A DNA stretch of 32,000 bases, taken from contig NZ_JBHSTI010000008.1 in NCBI RefSeq assembly GCF_042660085.1, forward strand, positions 1,110,001-1,142,000. Reading direction: 5' to 3'. The notes under the pieces are model-generated. The model ran no database searches. It had not been told where the DNA came from and saw only the letters and a program-made list of their open reading frames with translations. A program made the position numbers and the translations under genes. Positions 9,617 through 19,321 of this stretch are shown piece after piece. The stretch comes from Longivirga aurantiaca. Lineage in GTDB: Bacteria; Actinomycetota; Actinomycetes; S36-B12; CAIYMF01. Position 1 is the stretch's first letter. Each line of letters begins with the position of its first letter.

Positions 9617-10558
9617 CTACTCCGCGGCCAGGGTGCGCAGCTCGGCGATGGCCTTGCCCGCAGTCCTGAGGTAGTACCACGGCCAGTCCTGGATGCGGTC
9701 GCCGAGCGCGTCGATCTGGTGTGCGCCCTCGGCCTTGTTCTCGCTCACGTACGACGTCATCGCGAAGGTGTTGCGGGCGATGACTCCGGCGGCGTCGTCG
9801 GGGAAGCCGGGCAGCCACGAGGAGGCCGCGGCGTCAGCGAGCTCCTGTGCGACGGCCGCCGAGGAGATGTAGCCGCGCGGAGGCTTGCCGCTGACCCAGT
9901 ACTCGAGGTGCGCGATGCCGATCAGCTCGTTGAGCGGCGACGGCGCGGAGGTGTCGCGGTGCTCCCGGGCGAACGCGAACATCTGCTCGTGGCTGCCGCT
10001 CCACTTCTCGCAGATGCCCTGCAGCGCCTGCTCGTGCAGGGCGAGGAACGACTGCCCGCCCGCCGCGACACCGCGGTCGAACCGGGCCCTTACCTCCGAC
10101 GGGCCGTACTGCAGACCACGGCCGAGGAGTACGGCGGTGCACCACGACAGGGGAGCGCTCGCCCACGGGGTGAGCGCAGGCTGCAGCACCCGCTCGGCCG
10201 CCTCGAGGTAGCCGAAGAACCCCTCGAACTTGCGGGCGCCGACCGTCTCGGCCATCCCGTGGCCGCGGATCGCCCAGCCGGCCTGCACGAGCGCCTGCGC
10301 GTAGACGGTCGAGGCGAACGGGTCGTCCTGCTTCGTGTCGTACCACGCCTGGATGCGGTCGAGGTCGGCCGCGTCGTTCATCCGCGTCAGCGCCGCGTGG
10401 ATGTCGTCGAGGCTCTCGGCACGGGCGGCGATGCCCTCGAACTGCGCGATCTCGCCCGCCTTGCCCGCCGCCAGGGCCTCGGTGACCGTCGCGATCCCGA
10501 GGTCGGGGCTCTCCACGAACCTGGTGCTCGGCTTGGACGTGCGCGAGAACAGACCCAC
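9617..10558 (-). CDS. Conserved hypothetical protein (313 aa), likely cytosolic
   Basis: Long ORF with non-shadow composition (MGLFSRTSKPSTRFVESPDLGIATVTEALAAGKAGEIAQFEGIAAR...WPWYYLRTAGKAIAELRTLAAE). No signal peptide or recognised motif. Confidence 0.8.
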   Translation of the reverse strand: MGLFSRTSKPSTRFVESPDLGIATVTEALAAGKAGEIAQFEGIAARAESLDDIHAALTRMNDAADLDRIQAWYDTKQDDPFASTVYAQALVQAGWAIRGHGMAETVGARKFEGFFGYLEAAERVLQPALTPWASAPLSWCTAVLLGRGLQYGPSEVRARFDRGVAAGGQSFLALHEQALQGICEKWSGSHEQMFAFAREHRDTSAPSPLNELIGIAHLEYWVSGKPPRGYISSAAVAQELADAAASSWLPGFPDDAAGVIARNTFAMTSYVSENKAEGAHQIDALGDRIQDWPWYYLRTAGKAIAELRTLAAE

Positions 10559-10619
10559 GACTTCCCCCTTCGATGTGCGGCCGATCGTAGGGCGCGGGCT
10601 CCGCTCAGGCGTGGTTCGG

Positions 10620-10736
10620 CGTACGTCGGGTGTCGAGCGTGTTCCGGGGCGCGCGCTCGGCGTACCCGGGTAACGGGAAAGGGGCGTAGCTGAGTGCCGA
10701 ATCCGTCCCAGAGCGCACGCTGGTTACCCGGGTAAC
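10620..10736. repeat. Two further copies of the 62-bp-period CCCGGG repeat (one divergent, one close to consensus)
   Basis: CGTACCCGGGTAAC at 10661-10674 and GTTACCCGGGTAAC at 10723-10736, core centres 62 bp apart; second unit gagtgccgaatccgtcccagagcgcacgctggttacccgggtaac. Confidence 0.9.
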
Positions 10737-10742
10737 GGCCGA

Positions 10743-10835
10743 TCAGTCGGTGGGGAGCGCGGGGCGGTGCATCACGGCCCAGGTGGGCGCGACCTCGACG
10801 CGGTCGTGGTAAGCCTTCGCGTCGCCGTCGCCGCG
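10743..10835 (-). pseudogene. 3'-terminal relic of the PPOX-like gene intact at 21964-22287
   Basis: Reverse translation ends DGDAKAYHDRVEVAPTWAVMHRPALPTD*, matching VDGDAHVEGDRMEVTPTWAVMHRPALAGD* of the intact gene; the rest is missing. Confidence 0.75.
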
Positions 10836-10996
10836 ACCTCGACCGCGCACCTCACGGGTTCCCGCCGTCGCATCGGGGTCGCCCAGCCTGCTGGCGGCGG
10901 ACGCCCGGACCGACGCGTGGGGCACCCCGGGCAAATGCCCGATGCGGCCCCGAGCCGGCGTCCCTAGCGTCGCGGCGAGGTCGGGGAGGCTCAACG

Positions 10997-13900
10997 ATGA
11001 TGGGACGAACAGTGCGGGGCAGTCGGGCACGGGGTCGTACGGCTGGATCACCTCTTCGTCGCGGCGTGGTGGGCGCCTGCGTCCTCGCCCTCACCGCGTC
11101 GTTGCTGTCGATGACAGGGGCAGGCAGCGCGGTGGGTGCCTCCCTTCCCGCGGCCGTGGTCGCACCTCAGGCCGTGGACGCCGCTGCTGCCGTCCCGGCC
11201 AACGTGACCGTCGGGCGAGGGCACGCCTGCGCCCTCATGGCGACCGGATACGTGTGGTGCTGGGGGCGCAACGACCGCGGCCAGCTCGGCTACCCGAGCG
11301 CGACGACCCCCGGCGAGCCGCGCCCGGTGCCCGGCATCTCCACGGCGGTGCAGGTGGTCGCCGGCGATCTGCACACCTGCGCCCGGCTCACCGATGGCAC
11401 GGTGAAGTGCTGGGGGGCCAACGGTTCGGGTCAGCTCGGCAACGCCTTGACCGTCGACAGCTCGGCGCCGGTCGCAGCGATTGGGCTCTCGGGGGTCACC
11501 GATCTCACGGCTGGACGGGCGCACACGTGTGCCGTCGCGAACGGCCTCGTCTCGTGCTGGGGATCGAACGGGTTCGGCCAGCTCGGGCTCGGCAGTGTGC
11601 GCGAAGCGCGCCTCGGCCTGACCCAGTTGGCGCAGTTCTATGCGATCGGCGTCGGTTCGAACGCCACGGACGACAACGGGGACCTCGTGCTCTCCGACGC
11701 AGCGACCAACGGCACGCTCGGCAGCGGATCGGTCGTCCGGTACGGCGACGACGGCGTGATCAAGTCGTTCTGGAGCATCCCCGGAAGCACTCTCGTAGGT
11801 GGCGTCGCAACCGCCCGCGACGGGTCGCGCACCTACGTCGCCAGCGCGTTCCCGGGTCAGGCCGTGGTCTGGGTGCTGTCCGGTACGACGACGATCGAAC
11901 GCACGTGGAGCCTGGTGAGCAGCGTCCCGGGCTGCGTGACTGCGAGCTGCAGCGTCGTCGGCCTGACCACCGACGCCAACGGCACGGTCTACGCCGCGGT
12001 TCAGCGGTTCGATGGGGCCGGCGTCTCTCGAGCCTCGTTCATCGCGTCGGCGTCGAAGGAGGGACTCCCGCTCGGCGTGACCGATGTGACCGCTCAGATG
12101 ACCGTCATCTCCGACGTCACCTGGGTCCCGGGGGCGAACCGGGGGACGGTGTGGGTGCTCGGTACCAACCTGGTCAACCCGTCGCCCTTCAACCCGTCAC
12201 CCACCCTGTCGTCCTTCGCCATCCCGGCCACCGCCGGCTCGTCCCTGGTCTTCCTCAACAAGAAGTCGGCGTACGCCGCGGTGGAGAGCTGCGTGCCCTC
12301 GGAGGATTACGTGCTGGCGGATCAGACGACGCTCAGCGGCACTGCCTTCTACCGCCACCGACACACGTACCCGCTCGTCAACAGCCTCCGCCTCGGAACC
12401 GCAGCGGACGGCCAGCTGCTGCTCTCGGCCGACTACTCCCAGGGCCGGCGTCTGGAGAACACCTTCACGACCAACCCTGCGGCCCCGGTGGACATCCAGA
12501 CCAACTACACCAACGAGACGCCTGCCGAGGTCGCAGACTGCGTGATGGTCGTGGACCCCGCGGCCTCGTCAACGCAGGCAGCCAGCGTGGTCTTCACGGT
12601 CCGGGGCAGCGCGGGCGATCTCACGGATCTCCGGAAGCCGTTGGACGCAACGGAGTCCGGTGATGGCGGCATCATCGTCTCCGACCCCTCGTACGCCGCT
12701 GCCAGCCCCGCGAGGCTCCAGCGCTTCAACGCGGTGGGCTCGGTCACTCAGTGGGGCCGGGTGCCGATCCGCACGATCCCGACGCCGCTGATGCCGTTGC
12801 AGGCCCTGCAGCCCGGGCAGGCTGCACCGACCATGAGCAGCGTGTTCGCGGGTGCGCATCACACGTGCGCTTCCGGCGTCGTGAACGGCCAGCCGACCAC
12901 GCTGTGCTGGGGCAGCAGCTCCTCCGGCCAGACGGGATGGCCCGCCTCGGGCGCGTCGGCCCTGCGCTTCGGCCTCCCTCCGTCGGACACCGGCGACCAG
13001 AGCAGCTTCCCGATCGCCATGCCCGTGATCGGCGCCGGAGTGGGCAGCGGCGGTCTGGCGCACACGTGCATCGCCCAGAACGGGTCGCCTCGTCAGATGA
13101 CCTGCTGGGGCGCCAACGACAGCGGCCAGACGCGGCTCAACACGGTCGAGGGCGACATCTGGCGGAACGGCGGCACTCCCACGACCGTGCCGGTGACCGA
13201 GCTGGACTCAGGCGACCTCACCACGTGCACGATCGAGTCCACCGACCTGAAGCGCGTGCAGTGCTACGGATCGGACGCTTACGGGCAGACCTCGGTGCGT
13301 CCGGGCGCGTGCCTGAACAACCTGGACTTCGTGCAGACGGCCGGCTGCCAGCAGGTCGGTGGAGCGATGCACATCTCCGCCGGGCCTACCACGACGTGCG
13401 CTGCGACCGCCACCGGCATCGTCTGCTGGGGCGACAACGCGTGGGGGACTCTGGCGACGTATGGCTCGCCTCTGGGCGCCGTCGGCGTCCCGCTCGAGGT
13501 GCCGAGCACGTTCATCGTGAGCGCCCCCGCGACGCTCGATGGAAGCCTCGTGGCGCGGTTCGGCACCAACCTGGACGCGCTCGACGCCACGACCGACGTG
13601 GTGCTCCGCGTCAAGGGATCGGCGAGTGCCCTGGCAAGCACGAAGAGTGTGTCGGCCGACCGTCGGACAGTGAGCATCAAGCCGGCAGCGCCACTCGTCG
13701 CCGGGCAGCAGTACGAAGTCGCAGTCAACACCGGCAGCGCCACAGCGCTCACCTCCGGCGGCCTGCCGCTGACCCCGTCCGTGGTGAGTGCCAGAGCCGC
13801 GACGGCGCTGGGTGACACCAGCCCGGCCAATACGGCGGCCTGGCCAAAGGTCAGCAGCAGCACAGCCCTGGGGGGCTCGTACGTGACGGAGCGGACGGCA

Positions 13901-14515
13901 GGAGCATCCGCGAAGTTCGCGTTCACGGGCAGCTCCGTCGCCCTGCTGACGCGCAAGGGGCCGAGCCAGGGCAAGGTCGTGGTCTCGGTCGGCGCGGTAT
14001 CCAAGACGTTGGACCTGTACTCCGCCACTGCCGTCAACCGGTTCAAGGTCGCCCTCACCGGTCTCGGCGCCGGCCCCCACACGCTGACGGTCAAGGTGCT
14101 GGGCACCCGCAACACCAGGTCGACGGGCACCTCGGTGGCGATCGACGGGTTCTCGGTGGGAGCGGTCACCTCGGCCACGCCGACCTTGACTCCTTCCTGG
14201 GCAGCTGTGTCCTCCTCGACCGCTTCGGCGAAGCGATACGTCCGCTCCCAGCAGGCAGGCGCCACGTACACGGTCACGTTCCGCGGCACACGCATCAACT
14301 GGCTGACGTTCGTAGGCCCCGACTTCGGTGACGCCAAGGTCGTGATCGACGGGAAGGCGAAGGGGACGTTCGCGCTCTACGCGACGGCCACGAAGGCCCG
14401 CACGGTCGCCTTCACGGGGCTGACCGACGCGGTGCACAAGCTGACCGTCACCGTCGCGGGCACGGGCACGGGCACCAAGGACTTCGTCGCAGTCGACGGT
14501 TGGACCGTCTCATGA
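10997..14515 (+). CDS. Large secreted RCC1-repeat protein with inserted domain, Ig/Big-like region and two C-terminal beta-sandwich-like modules
   Basis: Signal-peptide-like N-terminus (RRGVVGACVLALTASLLSMTGAGSAVGA); RCC1-like motifs GHACALMATGYVWCWGRNDRGQLG, LHTCARLTDGTVKCWGANGSGQLG, AHTCAVANGLVSCWGSNGFGQLG, then after a long gap HHTCAS...LCWGSSSSGQTG, AHTCIA...MTCWGANDSGQT, TTCTIES...VQCYGSDAYGQT, TTTCAATATGIVCWGDNAWGTL. Confidence 0.9.
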   Translation: MMGRTVRGSRARGRTAGSPLRRGVVGACVLALTASLLSMTGAGSAVGASLPAAVVAPQAVDAAAAVPANVTVGRGHACALMATGYVWCWGRNDRGQLGYPSATTPGEPRPVPGISTAVQVVAGDLHTCARLTDGTVKCWGANGSGQLGNALTVDSSAPVAAIGLSGVTDLTAGRAHTCAVANGLVSCWGSNGFGQLGLGSVREARLGLTQLAQFYAIGVGSNATDDNGDLVLSDAATNGTLGSGSVVRYGDDGVIKSFWSIPGSTLVGGVATARDGSRTYVASAFPGQAVVWVLSGTTTIERTWSLVSSVPGCVTASCSVVGLTTDANGTVYAAVQRFDGAGVSRASFIASASKEGLPLGVTDVTAQMTVISDVTWVPGANRGTVWVLGTNLVNPSPFNPSPTLSSFAIPATAGSSLVFLNKKSAYAAVESCVPSEDYVLADQTTLSGTAFYRHRHTYPLVNSLRLGTAADGQLLLSADYSQGRRLENTFTTNPAAPVDIQTNYTNETPAEVADCVMVVDPAASSTQAASVVFTVRGSAGDLTDLRKPLDATESGDGGIIVSDPSYAAASPARLQRFNAVGSVTQWGRVPIRTIPTPLMPLQALQPGQAAPTMSSVFAGAHHTCASGVVNGQPTTLCWGSSSSGQTGWPASGASALRFGLPPSDTGDQSSFPIAMPVIGAGVGSGGLAHTCIAQNGSPRQMTCWGANDSGQTRLNTVEGDIWRNGGTPTTVPVTELDSGDLTTCTIESTDLKRVQCYGSDAYGQTSVRPGACLNNLDFVQTAGCQQVGGAMHISAGPTTTCAATATGIVCWGDNAWGTLATYGSPLGAVGVPLEVPSTFIVSAPATLDGSLVARFGTNLDALDATTDVVLRVKGSASALASTKSVSADRRTVSIKPAAPLVAGQQYEVAVNTGSATALTSGGLPLTPSVVSARAATALGDTSPANTAAWPKVSSSTALGGSYVTERTAGASAKFAFTGSSVALLTRKGPSQGKVVVSVGAVSKTLDLYSATAVNRFKVALTGLGAGPHTLTVKVLGTRNTRSTGTSVAIDGFSVGAVTSATPTLTPSWAAVSSSTASAKRYVRSQQAGATYTVTFRGTRINWLTFVGPDFGDAKVVIDGKAKGTFALYATATKARTVAFTGLTDAVHKLTVTVAGTGTGTKDFVAVDGWTVS

Positions 14516-17500
14516 GCACCGCAACCCGTGTCCGCCTCACCTCGAAGGGCTCCATGCCGATGTCTCGCTTCACCGCCCTCCTCTGCGTGGGTGTGATGCT
14601 GTCCCTCGGGCTGGGTGCGGCGTCCTCCTACTCCTCTGGCGCCGAGGCGGCGACCGCAACGGCGACCGCGGCGGTTGTCCCAGCGGCGGCACCGGCGCCG
14701 GGCAGCGAGTGCCTCGATGACGTGACCGGCGAGTCCGAGCCGTGCGACTTCGGGATGGAGCCGGTGCGCTTCCCGTCCGGTCGCACGATCGGCGAGTACG
14801 AGAGCGCGGTGCTGACCCGCAGCGCGGCCAACCGCGCCTCGACCGTGTCGATGAACGACTTCACCACCGGGGTCCTGCTCGGCTCCTGCGTCCCTGACGT
14901 CGCATCGTGCGGCCTGGACAACCGCGTCCGAGTCGGCGACGACGGCCCGTTGTACACGGACGCGACCCCGGTCCTCCCGTCGTCGGCGTCGACCACCGTC
15001 GGTGACACCGCCGTGGCGAAGGCCGACTTCAATGGCGACGGCCGCGAGGACGTCGTCACTGCGGCGCTGTGCCCCGTGCTGGGAGGCGGCACGCCGAGCG
15101 AGATCTGCCTTCGGGCGTACGACCCTGACACGGACTCGTGGTCGTCGTGGAGCCCGACGGGTCTGGTGGCGGACTCGGTGAAGGCCGTGGGACGCATCAA
15201 GCTCGCTGCCGGACGGATCGCGCAGACGACGGCGAAGGTGACGGGAGCGTCCTTCACCACGTCGGCTGACGGCTCGAACCTCCTCATGCGCCTCACGACG
15301 GACATCCCCCACCGCCTCACCACGAGCGATGCGCTGCGGTTCGACGCGGCCGGCGTGGCCGAGCTTGCTTCCGCGCTGTGCCTTCCGGCCGATGACGACG
15401 GCACCGAGCCGTTGTGCGCGGGAGATCTCGCCGAGGGGCTGTGGCCGATCGAGTCGATCGCGACCGATCGCCTCTCCTTCGTCGTGGCACTGGGGACGCT
15501 TCAGGACGCGAGCGCCACGGCGACCTGCCCTCCGGAGGGCTTCCGCTGCCTCGCGGACGGCACCCGTGAGCCCTTGGACTGGAGCAGCGACACCGGGTTC
15601 GGCGTCACGGGGACCAACCAGGGCCTCGCCGTGGCCTGGGTCGCGCCTTCGGCCTCGGTGCAGCTCGCGACGTTCATCGTCCGACTGGGCACGACGGCGC
15701 CGTTCTCTCTCAGCGACGTCCACTCCGTCGGTGTGAGCACAGGTGCCCGACAGCCGCTCGACGTCGTGACGGGGGACTTCAACGGGGGAGCCCCCGACGA
15801 GATCGCAGTCGGCTTCGGCAGCACCTGCACCGGCCTTGCCTGCCTGCGCGTGCGCATCTTCCGCTGGAACGACTCCAAGCAGCTGGTCCCTGTCGGAGCG
15901 GCCAACGCACCCGCGGATGCTCCGAAGATGTCCGGAAACGCGAATCTGACCGTGTCGTCCGTCTCCCTCGCGTCCGGGCGGCTCACCAAGGCTGCCGGGA
16001 CCAACCTCGACGGCGACGACCTGCTCGTCGCCGTCCAGAGCACCAGCGGAACGATCGGGTGCCCGGTGCTGCAGGCGTGCATGGCCAGGTACGCCATCAC
16101 GTACGACGTCGCAGGGGACTTCGTCCCGAAGGCAGCTGCAACCACGCTGATCGAGACGGGCAGCGAGGGTCTGGTCGCTTCCCGGTACTCGTTCGTGGCC
16201 GCCGCCGCCGACTTCGACGGTGACGGCATGGACGACCCGGTCATCGGGAGGACCACGACCCAGCTCCTCGGCACTACCGAGAGCCGGGCCGCCTTCACGG
16301 TGATCACGACCCTGTCGTCGACAGGCACCCGCCTGACGTTCAACGGGGACGACGACATGCGCGCTGTCGGTGTCGGCGGCTCAGGACAGCTGGCGCTCGC
16401 AGCCGGGCAGGTCGGGTCTCTCGAGGACGCGAGCAGCCAAGGCTTCCCGAACGCGATCAACCCCGACATCGTCCTCGCGTGGACCTGCGTAGACACGGCC
16501 TCGTGCGGAGCTTCGGCGAGCGGCTCCAGCGTCGCCATCCTGCCGATCGCCGTGAAGATCCAGGCGACGCCTGAGTTCTTCCCCAAGGGCAAGGACAAGC
16601 TCAGCCCGAGCGACGACGGCGGCATCCCGAGCGTCCTGCCCGCGGCGCCGCTCCCTGCGACGTACAACGCGATCACGAGCGAGGCGACGCACGTGGCGCT
16701 CGCCCTGCCCGACCTGGATGCGGACAGCCAGACGCTGGGGACGCCTGTCACCTACGTGACCGTCGGCGAGGTCCGGCCCCTCATGATCCTGCGCTCGCCG
16801 CCCGTCCACTTCGACGCGTTCCCGGCGCTCATCACGAACGACGGCAAGGTCTCCTTCACCGAGACCCGAGACACCAACGGGTGCTTCGGCGCGAAGACTC
16901 CGTCCGACTGCGACGTCGCCACCGTGTACTCGTCGACGTCGACGCTCACCAGCTCGATCGCAGGAAGCATCAACAACTCGTGGGGCATCGGGGGATCGGT
17001 CGGCTTCAACACATGGTTCGGCGATACCAAGGAGACGAAGGCCGGCGTCACGAAGTGCCAGACCGGTGTCTGCGCCGAGCTGACCGTCCTGCTGGAGACC
17101 GAGTACAACGGGGAGCAGGCCGACACCACCAAGGCCGGCACCAACTTCACGTACTCGTTCAGCAAGACCGCTCTCGCCGGCTCCGACGAGGTTCTCGCCT
17201 TCACCGCAGCGACCGAGACGACCGAGTACCCGATCTACCCCGGCACGTCCGTCTTCGGTGGCGAGCTCGAGCCGGGGCGGTACGTCCGCGTCGACAGCCC
17301 CGTCCAGTCGACGCTGGCATGGCGCAGCGCGACCGACCCGGAGATCACCTCGAGCGGCTGGCAGCACTCGGTGCCGGGCAACATCCTCTCCTACCCCAAG
17401 TCCGCGAACACGCTCCCGACCGACACGAAGGCGGTCAAGGAGGCGGAGAAGATCGGCCCGCAGACCGTGCGGATCACCACGACCGGCGATCACGGATACA

Positions 17501-19227
17501 CCTGCTCCCTCGCCGGCTTCACCACGACCGACGGCACCCGTCAGCTCGCGCCGCCGGGATACCTGTCGAAGTTCCCCTGTGCGGCCGACGCCAGGCTTGA
17601 GACCGTCTCACTGAGCGGTTTCGGGGACGGGGCCTCGGGTCTCAACGGGAAGTCCTTCAAGGTGACGCAGATCGATTCGGCCAACGAGCTTCAGTTGCAG
17701 TCGTCGAGCACGCTCTCGGCCGTCGACTGGACAGCCGGAGCTTCTGGCTGCACGACCGGTTGCGGGAACGGCAGCCTCAAGAGGCTTCCTGGCGCGCTCG
17801 ACAGGACGGCCCAGACCGTCGGGAGCTCTGCGACCAACTTCTCCGTGGAGTTCTCGGACACCAGCGAGTTCGAGGCTGCTGCATCCTGGTCGCTCAACAC
17901 CTCTCTTTCCGCCGATCTGCAGCTCAGCGGCGGCGGCGCGGCCCTCGGTGGGGCCGGAGTTGCCATCAAGCTGAAGGGTAACTACCAACGGTCCGAGGGA
18001 GCCACCCGCAGCGTGGCGATGCTGGCTGGCACCAAGTTCGAGGCCACCATCCCGCCGGTGTCCGAGACGGGCACGCGCTACGTCGTGCAGCCGTTCCTCA
18101 CGTCAGACCCGCGCACCAACGCCATGACGTTCGACTGGACGGCTTCCTGCGACATCCACTGCAACACCGGTGTGTGGAACTCGTACCTCTACCAGCCGGA
18201 CCTGGCCTTCGCCCTGCCCGAGCTGCTCAACCCGTACAAGACCCCCAACAACACGGGTGACAACTACGTCAACATGCTGCGCTCGCCCGACTTCCAGACG
18301 TGGAAGTGCCGGGACGACGCGACGCTCAAGCAGAAGGTCTGCACGGCACCTCCGCTGGCAGTGGCCGGCAAGGCGTCGACGATCTCGACGACCGTCCACA
18401 ACTACAGCCTCAAGGCATACGCGAGCTCGACCAAGCCCATCACCATCCGGTACTACGTCGGAGACCCCGCGCGAGGTGGCTACCCCGTCCTCGACGCTCC
18501 GGTGCCGTCGTCGCCGGGCTGCGGCTTCGCCTACTGCATCACCCCGCAGGGCGAGGTCAACGTCCTGAGCGACTGGGTTCCCGCCCTCGGCCTCTCCGGA
18601 CGTGGGACGACCGCGGCCCCGCTGCCGATCTACGCGGTGATCCGCACGACCATGCCCGAGGTGCATCCCTGGACGGCGCCTATCAGCCTCGCCGACTGCG
18701 ACGCGACGTACCCCAACCTCGCCGGTGCGATTCCGGAGTACCGCGAGCCTGGGGGCACGGCCAAGCGCCCGTCCCTCTGCCCGACCACCAACAACCAGGC
18801 GTACTTCCCGATCCGGTTCGGCGGGAAGCCGGCTCAGCCGACCGACCTGTCGGTGTACTCGTCAGGCGTGGTCGTGTCCCAGGACGGGCGGTCCGCCTCC
18901 ATCAAGGTCAAGTCCTCGTCCGCCATCACCGGGAAGCGGGCCATCATCCGGATCTGGGCCTGCCCCACCACCTCCACCTGCCTGCCGCAGACGCTCCCGA
19001 TCCCCAAGAACGCATCGGCGGCATCGGGCTGGGGGAAGACGGTCAGCCTCACGATCGCCAAGGGCGGGACGCAGACGATCACCATGCCGTTGAACACGAG
19101 CGGCGCCAAGAACATCACGGTGCAGGTGATCCCGCTCGACGTGTGGGAGCGCCCGGGTGGCCCGGCGCTCAACCAGCCGGGGCAGCTCGGCAACAACCAG
19201 GTGACCAAGGTCGTCACGATCGGGTGA
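14512..19227 (+). CDS. Very large secreted protein with FG-GAP-like repeats and an unassigned C-terminal half
   Basis: ATG at 14512 overlaps the previous stop (ATGA). Signal-like LCVGVMLSLGLGAASSYSSGAEA; FG-GAP/VCBS-like ADFNGDGREDVVTAAL, GDFNGGAPDEIAVGFG, AADFDGDGMDDPVIGR; many Cys, Ser/Thr-rich; no LPXTG or terminal TM. Confidence 0.88.
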   Translation: MSTATRVRLTSKGSMPMSRFTALLCVGVMLSLGLGAASSYSSGAEAATATATAAVVPAAAPAPGSECLDDVTGESEPCDFGMEPVRFPSGRTIGEYESAVLTRSAANRASTVSMNDFTTGVLLGSCVPDVASCGLDNRVRVGDDGPLYTDATPVLPSSASTTVGDTAVAKADFNGDGREDVVTAALCPVLGGGTPSEICLRAYDPDTDSWSSWSPTGLVADSVKAVGRIKLAAGRIAQTTAKVTGASFTTSADGSNLLMRLTTDIPHRLTTSDALRFDAAGVAELASALCLPADDDGTEPLCAGDLAEGLWPIESIATDRLSFVVALGTLQDASATATCPPEGFRCLADGTREPLDWSSDTGFGVTGTNQGLAVAWVAPSASVQLATFIVRLGTTAPFSLSDVHSVGVSTGARQPLDVVTGDFNGGAPDEIAVGFGSTCTGLACLRVRIFRWNDSKQLVPVGAANAPADAPKMSGNANLTVSSVSLASGRLTKAAGTNLDGDDLLVAVQSTSGTIGCPVLQACMARYAITYDVAGDFVPKAAATTLIETGSEGLVASRYSFVAAAADFDGDGMDDPVIGRTTTQLLGTTESRAAFTVITTLSSTGTRLTFNGDDDMRAVGVGGSGQLALAAGQVGSLEDASSQGFPNAINPDIVLAWTCVDTASCGASASGSSVAILPIAVKIQATPEFFPKGKDKLSPSDDGGIPSVLPAAPLPATYNAITSEATHVALALPDLDADSQTLGTPVTYVTVGEVRPLMILRSPPVHFDAFPALITNDGKVSFTETRDTNGCFGAKTPSDCDVATVYSSTSTLTSSIAGSINNSWGIGGSVGFNTWFGDTKETKAGVTKCQTGVCAELTVLLETEYNGEQADTTKAGTNFTYSFSKTALAGSDEVLAFTAATETTEYPIYPGTSVFGGELEPGRYVRVDSPVQSTLAWRSATDPEITSSGWQHSVPGNILSYPKSANTLPTDTKAVKEAEKIGPQTVRITTTGDHGYTCSLAGFTTTDGTRQLAPPGYLSKFPCAADARLETVSLSGFGDGASGLNGKSFKVTQIDSANELQLQSSSTLSAVDWTAGASGCTTGCGNGSLKRLPGALDRTAQTVGSSATNFSVEFSDTSEFEAAASWSLNTSLSADLQLSGGGAALGGAGVAIKLKGNYQRSEGATRSVAMLAGTKFEATIPPVSETGTRYVVQPFLTSDPRTNAMTFDWTASCDIHCNTGVWNSYLYQPDLAFALPELLNPYKTPNNTGDNYVNMLRSPDFQTWKCRDDATLKQKVCTAPPLAVAGKASTISTTVHNYSLKAYASSTKPITIRYYVGDPARGGYPVLDAPVPSSPGCGFAYCITPQGEVNVLSDWVPALGLSGRGTTAAPLPIYAVIRTTMPEVHPWTAPISLADCDATYPNLAGAIPEYREPGGTAKRPSLCPTTNNQAYFPIRFGGKPAQPTDLSVYSSGVVVSQDGRSASIKVKSSSAITGKRAIIRIWACPTTSTCLPQTLPIPKNASAASGWGKTVSLTIAKGGTQTITMPLNTSGAKNITVQVIPLDVWERPGGPALNQPGQLGNNQVTKVVTIG

Positions 19228-19232
19228 CGAGA

Positions 19233-19274
19233 TCGGTGGGCACCGCCGCTCCGCCCCGGGGCGGTGCCCACCGA
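19233..19274. terminator. Perfect 15-bp-arm hairpin between convergent genes
   Basis: TCGGTGGGCACCGCC (19233-19247), 12-nt loop, GGCGGTGCCCACCGA (19260-19274), immediately after the stop of the 14512-19227 gene. No T-tract. Confidence 0.85.
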
Positions 19275-19321
19275 CATAGCGCCAGGTGGCGGCCGTCGAG
19301 GTCGCCGCGTGTGCGCGTGGG

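Noticed and set aside
10942-12663. 573-aa plus-strand ORF over the RCC1 gene
   Set aside because: Arg/Gly-rich alternative frame; the RCC1 frame has clear repeated conserved motifs.
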